DNA from: Podarcis bocagei
Taxonomy: Eukaryota
Strand: one strand, 5' to 3'
DNA: 64,000 nt
Assembly (NCBI GenBank): GCA_964188305.1
Contig: OZ076897.1
Positions 38,164 to 48,870 of the stretch are shown piece after piece. The notes under the pieces are model-generated. The model did not search any database. It saw only the letters and a list, made by a program, of their open reading frames with translations, and was not told where the DNA came from. The position numbers and the translations under genes are program-made. How positions within the stretch are numbered: position 1 is the first letter of the stretch; the number at the start of each line of letters is the position of its first letter.

Positions 38164-39981
38164 AACAATGCTTACAACGAGGCGGGTGTGTGTGTGTGTG
38201 TGGAGTTGCCACCATACCCTCTCTTTAGTTGCTCTTTACATCTCCCTTTACCCCTCCCCTCTTATGTTCCTCCAGGAATATATATATATATATAGATATA
38301 ATTCGTATTGTAATGGTTCTGACGACTTTCAAAGGCTTGATTAAAATATATACCTATTTATATATATCTATATATATTTGCAATTAACTGTGAATTTCTG
38401 GATCGGTAGGATAAATGGACATGGAAGGGAGTGATGTACATAGTCAGGTCTCCAAAGCGTAGGTTAGGATATGCTTCAGATGGTATCAAGATTCTTTAAA
38501 AAAACAAAACCACACCAAACAAACTTTGAAGTGGAGCATCGGTGATAATATGAAAGACTGGAAATTGGTGGAATGGCTTCCAGGGACAAAAAAAGAGGGG
38601 GGCGGCGGTCGCTTGCTCAGAGGGAAACCTCCATATTCTAGGACGGCCAGAGATGTACATGCGTCTTATTTATGTCTTTGCTGCTAACTCGGGATAGATT
38701 GGTGCCATTGTTCGTCTCCTTTTCACCTCAGACCTGAGCCCATTCATTCGGATTTTTTTTAAAAAAATACAAAACATAAAATAAAAAGACTCCATGATTA
38801 AAGTTGCCACCATGGCGATTTTATGGCACCGAAATATTACAGTACAGATTAGGAAAAGCCTGTTTCCTTGTACATATGATTGAAATATTTAGTTAGGATC
38901 CCACCCCACCAAAAAGAAAAAGAGGGAAAGGGGAAATTTCAATAATGAGATTAAGCGTTTTTCTGTTGTGGTTGTTTTTTTTAAGTACAGCCTTGAAGTG
39001 TTGATGAACCGCTATGGATGTTTCAAAATGGCCACATATTTGCGTACTGTTTTGTTTTAATTAGCAAAAGCCTGCATTAAACCCCCCCCCCACAAAGCTC
39101 AAAATACTGTAATTAAAAGCACAACAAGTGAAGGGAGAAGTATCTCCAGGCAGGCAGAGATGGGTAGAGTTCGAATTAGAGGAGTGTGTGTGTGTCTGTG
39201 TTTGTGTACACACACATGTATATGCACGCTCACAAACACAACTTGACTATCGAGGGTAACTTTGATTTCTGAGTACTGTTGAAGGAGTAGGCAGAATACT
39301 GAATCGTGGCTGTTTCCCCAACCCCCCACCTTCACATTTGGTTAAATTTCTAAACAACGACAGTAAATTATGATGGTGATGGAAGCAAAGTCGAAATGTA
39401 GCTACTATTCTATGCTTTCATTGAGAATGTGTGGAAGAAGGATCCGGCGCAAGCACGATTTGCTTTAAATAACAGTGACAGTGAAAATGTGTCTTTCTAT
39501 ATGCGATTAAGTGTGTTTGGCGTCCTCTGTGTATATGTGGAAATGCAAAGGTCTTTTTCGATACTATGAAAAGTGTACTTTTTGGGCAATGACTCTGAAT
39601 ACTAATAAAAGTGAAATAGTGAAAACCTACCCCTCAAAAGATCACCAACGTTATATATATATATGTTGTTGTGAAATTGGGTGGGGGAGGAAGAGAATAT
39701 GCCATGGTGTCATAAAATGATACTGGGGTTTGCTTGCTTTTAGTTCCAGGCTGTTTAAAAGAGGCTTAGAGAACAGCTCAGCGGAAGGAAATTTTGAAAT
39801 CGGCACTGATCTTTAAAAATGCACAGCGATCGATCCCCCGCCACCCCTTTTATCCTGGTTTTTCAAGCGCCTGAGAAAAAAGGACACCATAGTAATTGTT
39901 GCTAGAATGTTGGGGTTTATTGCTTTCCTCTAATTGGCTTCAATAATAATTAGTCTTTTCCCTTCCTCCCGCAAAAGAAAC

Positions 39982-39983
<2 letters not shown>

Positions 39984-40023
<40 letters not shown>
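39984..40023. repeat. (AT)n microsatellite
   Basis: Seen directly. Confidence 0.95.
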
Positions 40024-40026
<3 letters not shown>

Positions 40027-40339
40027 TCTCCCTATTTATACAGCTTTTCTTTGTAAATAATCTCTAGCAGAATGGGGGATGTTAGGAAATAATAAAGGAA
40101 TGTGCAAGATTAAAAGGAATCTTATTGAAAAGGAAAGGTTGAATATATTATTTCTCCCCTATGCTTCTGAATTCTTGCTGGTTTTCTGATCTGGAGCCGA
40201 TAGCCCTTAAAAATTGGTCCATACTAATGGAACTGTGTGAGAGATGCCATAATTTTGCTATAATGGGCTGTAACCTCGATTCGACCCCAGACTTGCGAGT
40301 AAGCCCCTCGCTGGGGCGGGGGGGGGGGTGTTGCGGAGG

Positions 40340-40373
40340 TGAAGATCCCGCTTTCCTCCAGAGGGTGGCGCAC
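40340..40373 (+). promoter_or_regulatory. CTCF binding motif, HOXA5|6 position
   Basis: Core CCTCCAGAGGGTGGCGCAC (40355-40373) has 2 mismatches to CCASYAGRKGGCRS. An upstream-module-like TGAAGATCCC lies 5 bp before it. About 380 bp upstream of the HOXA5 ATG. Confidence 0.55.
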
Positions 40374-40456
40374 GAGGCCGACTGACAGTCGCGAGCTGGC
40401 GGCCGGGTGCGCGCGCCGGCGCGCGCGCCCCAGCCCTTCCAGCATCCACCCAAACT

Positions 40457-40628
40457 NNNNNNNNNNNNNNNNNNNNNNNNNNNNNNNNNNNNNNNNNNNN
40501 NNNNNNNNNNNNNNNNNNNNNNNNNNNNNNNNNNNNNNNNNNNNNNNNNNNNNNNNNNNNNNNNNNNNNNNNNNNNNNNNNNNNNNNNNNNNNNNNNNNN
40601 NNNNNNNNNNNNNNNNNNNNNNNNNNNN
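40457..40628. other. Assembly gap covering the HOXA5 proximal promoter (other gaps: 10511-10641, 22075-22275, 24988-25212, 27782-27909, 44777-44916)
   Basis: Runs of N; their content cannot be assessed. Confidence 0.99.
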
Positions 40629-40749
40629 ATAGACGCACCAAAAAACGAAGCAAAGAGCCACAAATCAAGCCCCCCGATCAAAAAAAAAAGCAACAAAAAA
40701 TCCCAACCAACAACAACAACAAAAAAATCATCATCAACAAAAAAAACAA

Positions 40750-41440
40750 ATGAGCTCTTATTTTGTAAACTCATTTTGCGGTCGCTATCCAAATGGCCCG
40801 GACTACCCGTTACATAATTATGGAGATCCCAGTGCCGTGAGCGAGCAATTCAGGGACTCCGCCAGCATGCATTCCGGCAGGTACGGCGGCGGCGGCGGTG
40901 GCGGCGGAGGCTACGGCTACAATGGCATGGACCTCAGCGTCGGCCGCTCGGCTTCCAGCCACTTTGGGGCAGGGGGCCCCTCGGAGAGGGCTCGCAGCAG
41001 CTACCCCGCCAGCGCTGCCCCCGAGGCCAGGTACGCCAGCCGGGCGGCGGCGGGGGCCACGGGGTCCACTCACTCGCCTCCGCCTGACCCTCTGCCCTGC
41101 GCCGCTGCCGTGGCGGCGGCCACCTCGCCTGTCAGCGGCGACGCTCATCACGGCGGCAGCGTGAAAAACTCCACGGCCAACTCGAGCAGCACTTCGTCCA
41201 CTTCCAGCACCGGCGCCAGCAGCAGCAGCAGCAGCACCAGCGCCAGCAGCAGCGCCAGCAGCACCGGCAACAACCCCCACCACCTAGGCAGAGAAGGGCT
41301 CAGCACGTCGCCAGGCACCGAGGAGGACGCCCCGGCCAGCAGCGAGCAGGCGAATCCCCAGCAGAACGACCAAAGCACAGCTCCACAGCCGCCACAGCCC
41401 CAGATCTACCCCTGGATGAGAAAACTGCACATAAGCCATG
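40750..41440 (+). CDS. HOXA5: Homeobox protein Hox-A5, exon 1 (joins 42675-42925; 313 aa)
   Basis: [32 protein letters not shown] and [14 protein letters not shown] motifs. Donor CATG|GTAAAA at 41440/41441, phase 1. Confidence 0.97.
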
Positions 41441-41947
41441 GTAAAAAGCATGCCCGGATTACAATATCTATGTATGAGAGAGGGGTGGGGAGGGGGGGAG
41501 TGTGTGTCGAGGGAGAGAGAAGGTAGATTGTTTGCAAAAGAGGAAACGTGGTGGGCAAGAAATGTGGTGGGCAAGAAATGTGCTTTCTCTTGCTCTCTGT
41601 CTTCCTCTGCCTGCTTGTCTGATCTTCTGGTCTATGCGGAGGAACACCCCCCCCCCGCCCCAAACCCCGTCCCTCTTGGAAAAGGCAAGTGGGACTTTGG
41701 AAATCGGGGTAGGGTGAGCCAAGCTCTCTTTAATAACTCTTCTAAGTCTCCCGGACTGTGAGGTGTAATTGAAATTTGGGGGGAGGGGAGAGAGGGAAAG
41801 CGTGTGTGTGTGTGTGTGTGGGAGAGAGAGAGAGAGAGAGAGAGAGGGATCTTGAATAGTGCGTGTCAGTCCTTGTAATTTATGACGAGGACCGTCCAGT
41901 GAAAAACACCGTTACTAATTATATCAAAAAAGAAGTTGAGTAAATAA

Positions 41948-42014
<67 letters not shown>
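41948..42014. repeat. (TG)n(GA)n compound microsatellite in HOXA5 intron (a shorter one at ~41802-41847)
   Basis: Seen directly. Confidence 0.95.
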
Positions 42015-42018
<4 letters not shown>

Positions 42019-42254
42019 GGTGTGGGGTGAAATATTTTTTTCTGGGAGGGAAGGAAGTCGAGGGAAAACTTAAGAGAGGAGGTTGGAGGGGGGCAATTGG
42101 GGGGGGGCTTAGTCCTGCAGTCCATAGTGCACTTGGAAATTCTTCCCACTGACTCCCAGATAAAGTGTGTTCAGATCAGGAGTGGGACCAGAACTTCAGA
42201 GGGTGCTTGGTTTGGGTGTTTATGTTTGTGTAAAACTCACTCTAGTAACAACTT

Positions 42255-42358
42255 CCCCACGACCCTAAGCATACTGTCAGGAGGAAGTAAGTTCTCATGA
42301 AGCCAAATGGTTTTGTTTTCTTTTACTTGCGAGTAGTAATATATTAAGGATCGGGGTG
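42255..42358. mobile_element. MITE-like family A copy, in HOXA5 intron (degenerate)
   Basis: CCCC..GACCCTAA / TAAGGATCGGGG ends with internal GAAGTAAGT and TTACTTGCGAGTAG. Confidence 0.5.
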
Positions 42359-42523
42359 CAGAAGGGAGCTGCCATCCTGTCTTCCCCAGATTAAATAAAG
42401 GAGGCTACTCAAATAAAGTTGGGAGGCTACTCAAATTCAGAGCCCGGGATATTATTTGAGGGAAGGGGAGAAGAGATAGATGCGGGTGGGGAGAGCGAGA
42501 GAGGAGAAGGAGCTACTTGTTGA

Positions 42524-42925
<402 letters not shown>

Positions 42926-44027
42926 GAGGAAAAGCCCCCGGCCCTGAAGCTGCTGCTGCTGCTGCTCCTTCTCCTTCTTCCTTCCCCGGAAGAAAACAAA
43001 ACAAAAAAAACCCGAGTAACCGAGCAGTATTATAATTGAGCTGACCCTGCGTGGAATGTCAGTAGCCTCTTCCCGCTCCTGCTCTCCTTCTGCCCATCGT
43101 TCTGTAGACCACATTGACTTGCTCCAACTTCTCTGGGAGGCTGAAGATTCCCTCGCCCATCGTTTCATCCTGAGCCTGTTTTAATTAAGCCCCCCCACCC
43201 CGCCCCCGCCCGCGTCTCTCTCTTCCTCTCTCTCTCTCTAGCGCGTGTTACGTACGAGTAGATCTGCTTCCCGTGCATTTTATGTCTTGAATGGCTTTTG
43301 TCTTGAAGGGGGGGGGATGTAGATGTTTTAACTTATTTATATGAAGCGAGTGGTGTTACTTGAAGTAACTGTAAAGTGGGAGGGGGGAACCGAGGGGGGG
43401 GGAAAGACACCCTAGACAAACACAAAAGTAAAGGAGGACGATCTGTTCCCTCGTTCGCTTCCCCCTCAACTTCTTCCCTTCTGGCTCCCCTACAAGTCCT
43501 GTTTGACTCCCAATGTTCTCTCTCTCTGTGTGTTGCACTCGCTGTGCTTTGCTGTGCATGTGTGTTCAAAACGTGTCAGTGTCTGTATAGCTCCAAGCTG
43601 TGGCCGAGATTTCCGATCAGAAACGACCTATCTTATTTCCCTGTGTCCATTAATGGCTGTTGTAGAGGTGAATATGACGAAATACAAAAACGGAACGTGT
43701 CCTAACGTGTAGTGAATAGTGAATCTGTGACGAAAACTGTGATTCCAGACAGTATGTCCTTTGCTTGTGCCTTTGTATATGACTCTCTTTGCACGAAGTC
43801 TTAGAAGTGGCTTTTCTATTAAGCGCAGCTTCAGTAACGTATTTCCCACCCCCTCTTCTCTCTTATAGCTTCCTTCCTTTCTTTTGGTGAACAAAGTTAC
43901 ACATAGAGTCAAAGTCTGGCTGTTTGAGCAAACAATAATAATAATAATAATAGCAGCAACAACAACAATAATAATGTGATCGGCTTTTGAAAAGAAACTG
44001 TTTTTTTTTAATAACTGACTGGAAAAA

Positions 44028-44033
44028 AATAAA
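44028..44033 (+). terminator. HOXA5 polyadenylation signal
   Basis: ACTGACTGGAAAAAAATAAACTTTCTATTGTAAG matches the recalled conserved HOXA5 mRNA 3' end. Confidence 0.75.
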
Positions 44034-44916
44034 CTTTCTATTGTAAGGGTTTCCCCCTTTTCTTTCTTCCCCATCGAACCCCCCGGTTTTGGTTTTGGTT
44101 TTTACTTCTGCGGGTAGTTTGGTTTCTACCCTAACGGAGGTGCCCTAGAGCAAAGTTGGAGAAGGACCCAGCCCAAATTCAAAGTAGATGCAGACACGAT
44201 TGCCCCAGATCCCTTGGAATTGTAAAGTTATTCTTTGGATGGAGGGCTCACAATAACAGACCCTCAGCCAACTCCTTGTCTTGGAAGTGGGGTGGGAGGG
44301 AGAAGGAATGCCCCAAACTTCTGCTCTTTCTTGGCTGGGGAGGAAAAAAGAAGAAGAAGAAGACTGTCCTTTCTTCAACAACATTATCATCTCCAGAACT
44401 TGCTTTATACTATCTCCATCGGTTCATCCTCATAAGTTAAAGAAAGCTAGACCTGCCAGAAAGGTCTTGCATCTGTGAGCACCAGTCCAACATGGGGAAA
44501 AAAGTATTTAAATAAACCAGATACACCCACCTTCTTATTCTGCACTCTTACAAAAAGGTATTGGGGAAGGGTTTTGTGGCTGTTGTTGAGCGGGTGGGGA
44601 TAAATTCCACCCTTCGACATAACATTTATTTATTTATTTTCGCTACAGCTACTCTTTTTTTTTTTTTGCTAGGAAATGTAACGTTACTTACCCTCACCAG
44701 GGCTTGAATGGTTAACTCTCCCGAGCTTCTAAGCGCAACTAAAGCTTTGCACATTTACAGACGGCTTTACATTGATNNNNNNNNNNNNNNNNNNNNNNNN
44801 NNNNNNNNNNNNNNNNNNNNNNNNNNNNNNNNNNNNNNNNNNNNNNNNNNNNNNNNNNNNNNNNNNNNNNNNNNNNNNNNNNNNNNNNNNNNNNNNNNNN
44901 NNNNNNNNNNNNNNNN

Positions 44917-45153
44917 GCTATAAAAAGTCACGTGGTGCCATTAAAGTAAGTTTTATGGTTTTGGGGAGTTGTCATCCAACATTATATACCACATAACATA
45001 TAATCGCACTGACGATGGACTTCATTTGACTCTTTTGCAGGCTACGTGCGCCTCCTGGCCATTCAAATTGTCAGGTTTAGGTACAGAAGTATCCATTAAC
45101 CCAAGTTCTCAAATACTCTCTGAAAAAATGGCTCATTGCAAGTTAAGGTAAGT
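44917..45153 (+). promoter_or_regulatory. Conserved element 3' of HOXA5 (Cdx/E-box enhancer or alternative promoter)
   Basis: GTCACGTG 44927-44934, CCATTAA, TTTTATGG 44951-44958, TGTCA Meis-like site and a strong donor AAG|GTAAGT at 45148. The 5' part is hidden by an assembly gap. Confidence 0.55.
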
Positions 45154-47593
45154 TTCGTGCACAAGTTGCTTAAGTTTATTTGTACAGTGAAGAGCTCGCC
45201 TGTCGTTGCCTGGCTCCTTCTTAACGCTGCCCCGTTTATTCGGAAGGGAAGAAATAATATTTGGAAAGGCGCAGGTTACAGTGGGTAGGGGCCCGTTGTC
45301 CCGCCTCCCCATTTTTATCTAACCTCTCCTTTTTAAAATTTTATCCTTCAAATCCAGGCAAACCACAATAAGCGACTTTGGCAGAGATGGATTTTGAGGC
45401 CTAACTTTAATTACTTTGACTACGGCAAATGATAATGACTTCCTTTGCTTTTCCGTGCCCAGTGATTTTGTTTATTGAGGGGGCAGAGAGTCCGCAGGCG
45501 ATTTTTTTAAAAAAATATTTTAATGAAAGGAACATAGATCTGGCTATGTCTGTAGACTGGTCATCCCTGTCTTTGCGGGGCGGGATGTGTGTGGAATTGA
45601 CGCAGTAGTAGGTTTTCCAAGATAAGTTTTCCAGCTTATCGTCTCTAAAAGACAAGGAAGGTGCGCTCCAAGTCTGACTTTTTACGTGGTTAAGGTTCTT
45701 TGAGACTTATCTCTCCTCCATAATTACCCCTACGTACCTCCATCTCTCTCGTGTGTCCCTCTCTGTGTCTACATAGATTGTATATATACGCAATTTACAC
45801 CCTTACCGTAGATTCCCCACAACCCCAGTGCCTTCATTTCCCGCTGGTTCCTTTATCCCTTCCCATGAAGGAACCAACTGACTGTAACTTTTACAGGAGA
45901 GTCTACGTGCCATTGGAGTGCTTGGAATTATGAAGGACAATACGTATAGGTTTATAGGCGATAGTAAATAACCCCATTTATATAGATATCCGTGTATATA
46001 TCTACATACACCCATCACTGGCTGGGAATTGCAGGGTAGGCCCCAGCTGCCTGTTTATTTCAACATTCTTTTTTTCTATTTAAGTAGACTCTTCTCACTA
46101 GAGTGTGATTACTCAGCAATAAACTTTATGACCGGATTCAACTTTAAGTCTTTGAATTTCCAGGGTTGAAAGAGAGCGTGAAAGAGCATCCCTTTTTCCA
46201 CTGCCCTTCTTCTTTTTGTTTTGTTTTGTTATTTCCTTTTCTTTCTTCTCAGCTTCTTTGTACTGCCAGAGCCAAATCCTGGAAATCCTTGCTCACACGA
46301 GCAGCTTTTAAGTCTTATCAGTTGTATCTTTGGAGCGCCTTGTAGCTAAAAGCCATGCAGGTGACCAAGAATTGGCAAGATAGGACCCTACTCTTTTTGA
46401 AGAAGAAAGTAAGAGGGGCCCGTACAAATGGGCTCATACATTGAGGTAACCCCACGTGAGGTTTGAAACGATCTCACCCCTATTCCTGCCTTTTAAAAAA
46501 AACAACAACAGATTGTTATCAGCGTGTGGGGTTCTAGAATATGCTTTCCCACTCTTATATCGCTTTGGACATCAGAGGAAAAGACAGTGTTGTCAGAAAA
46601 TATAATAGCGTTATATAAAATAAGCGTGCCCTGTCCTAGTGGCTGTTTGGAAAGAGATACTCTGATGAAGGATCTTTTTTCTTGTGTATAGGTGGGTAAT
46701 CTTAGAAGACTGAGAAACTTGCAGCAATAAGTGAATATATATTTTAAGACTTCAAATATTTTTTTATACATTTCCCTGAATACAGATGGATAGGCTAGCA
46801 ATGCAATAAACTGGGTGGGGAGGAGCAGTTTTTAATTATACATTTAGTCCAAGCCTATGTGGCAGAATTAATCACACAGAACCGAATGCTAATAGTAGCT
46901 GGCATTTTCATGGTATTTACTTCCCTACACCTTAAATAGTTAGCAATGCGTATACACGTGTCTGGAACTATGACTAGATTTTTTTCAGTAGAAAAAATAA
47001 GGATTTAAATATAATGCATATCTGCTAAATAGAAACAGATGGCTGAATTACAAATCCATAATCCAGTTAAGGGAAGGACCTGATTTTACACTTAAAAAAA
47101 AAAAAAAGCCAACGGGACTATTGTTGGACTCCTAAAAGTATTTACTGGGAAATTCGAGTCCAGGCTTTCAAGGGGATATTTCCCTAAGTGAAATATCACT
47201 GAAATCCAGGTGCTAATCTACTTCAGTTTACATGAACTGAACTTTAGCTTCTGTTTCTTAGTGAAAAACAAGGTACAGTTTAAGCTCATTCGGGGCTGGT
47301 TGTGATCTCACCGTCTTGGATGAGGCCATCTGAAGGTTGTGGTCAATCTGCTCCATACCTAGGCAGAAGAAAATCGTACTGAAGTCTGTTGGATTTAATT
47401 CAAAAGAATTCAGGAATGGAGTAGGGAAATCCTGATGCCGTCTGATTTTGTAACTGGGGGAAAACAATTCATTGAGCTGAATGCTTATTTAACTCTTACC
47501 GTGGCTATCTAGCGATCCAGCCTTCTGATTGCTAGTTGACTGAATGGATACTAGCCAGTGAAACACATACAGCTTTGTGAACAATGTCATTTA

Positions 47594-47670
47594 GGCTGCA
47601 ATTCTATACTCACTTCCCTGGGAGTGAATCCCATTGAACTCAAGGAGACTTTCTTCTGAGTAGGCAAAAT
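47594..47670. mobile_element. MITE-like element family A, 3'-truncated
   Basis: TTA|GGCTGCAATTCTATACTCACTTCCCTGGGAGTGAATCCCATTGAACTCAAGGAGACTTTCTTCTGAGTAG. Confidence 0.75.
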
Positions 47671-48729
47671 TCCTCACGCACAAAAAACAAAACAAAAAAA
47701 GCCAACCCCTAAACACAAGATGAATTCATTGAGCATGCGAATAACTATGGGAATTGTCACTATTTAAAAATATTTCTAGTTTTCTGTCATGCCACCTTGA
47801 AACACTCTACCGAATAACCTAGGCAAAACACATCCACACGAAACTCCGGAATGTAAAGCCCATTTTAAAATAATATTGTATGTGTATTTAGTGCAAGTAT
47901 ATCTGATGGTGATGACTGTCGTATCACTGTTACTTTCTTTCTCTGACAACTGTGTGGTTTATTTTACTTAAATTACCGCCAGCAATTCTGAACCTTAGAA
48001 GTACTTCGCTGGCCCAGATGTAAGCACCAGCGCCATTAAAGGTTAGACAAGGGTGTGTGTGTGTATATAGCAAGGGCGTCGGAAGACTTCACTTTCTTTA
48101 AAGCGTAAGATGGCTTTTCTAAGTCACATGATTCGATGGTTTGCGCGTGCCCCTCACTACAAAGCATCATGGGAAAATTATTAGTGGCGTTATCTTAACG
48201 AATTAATTTCCTTGTCTTCAAAAGAGTGAAATTGCAAGCGTTTTCTACCTTATCTGTCCAGCTTTCAACATTACATTCTAATATCGAGGACATAAGCACT
48301 TAGACTGCATCTTTCCTGTAATCCCTCTCTTTCTTCTCCTTTTTCATCTGATTTTCTGATCTGTATAATTCGGCCTTTGGGAGTTTTTTGTTCTTTCTAT
48401 CCACTCTGATCACATAACCTCTATTTTTCGCAGGCTTTGTTTTCACGATTCTCCAAAATCCTAGTAGTTTCCCTGGCGGCTAGCGCTTCTCGAAAACAGC
48501 TCCTCCACAATCACAGGGCCGTATGGTTTGCATATTGGACGCAAACAATGCACTGTGGTCTCAGAGAGAAAGACACCATGTTTTCCAAAGGGCGTCTCTT
48601 CCCAGGCAGCCTGTCCCCTTCTTTTCCTTCTCCACATAACCCTCTGAAATGGGCTTTTCAATAATAATATTTGTTATGAAGGTTATTGGGTAATTATTGC
48701 AGTTTTTGTGAAACAGTCCTTGCTCGAGG

Positions 48730-48870
48730 TGAAGCCTGTCTCTGGATAATAAATGGCAGCCCTCGCAGTTCATTGCCAGGTTAAGTAAATGCAGAAACTA
48801 AGATAAATCTGCACACTCCAGAACTCGCCAGCAGAGCTCGCTTTAGACCAAGTTCACAGTCAACTTGCTT
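48730..48870. promoter_or_regulatory. Conserved-type non-coding block between HOXA5 and HOXA4
   Basis: ATAAATGGCAGCC (YY1-like) and GATAAATCTGCACAC..CCAGCAGAGCTCGCTTTAGACCAAGTTCA resemble a block recalled from Hox5-Hox4 intervals of vertebrate clusters. Function cannot be read from the sequence. Confidence 0.4.

Noticed and set aside
41548-42435. Short direct duplications in the HOXA5 intron (GTGGTGGGCAAGAAAT x2; GGAGGCTACTCAAAT x2)
   Set aside because: Two-copy slippage duplications with no spacer array or further structure; not CRISPR-like.
48824-48843. CTCF-like CGCCAGCAGAGCTCGCT
   Set aside because: It lacks the core GG dinucleotide (CT instead), so it is kept only as part of a conserved-type block.
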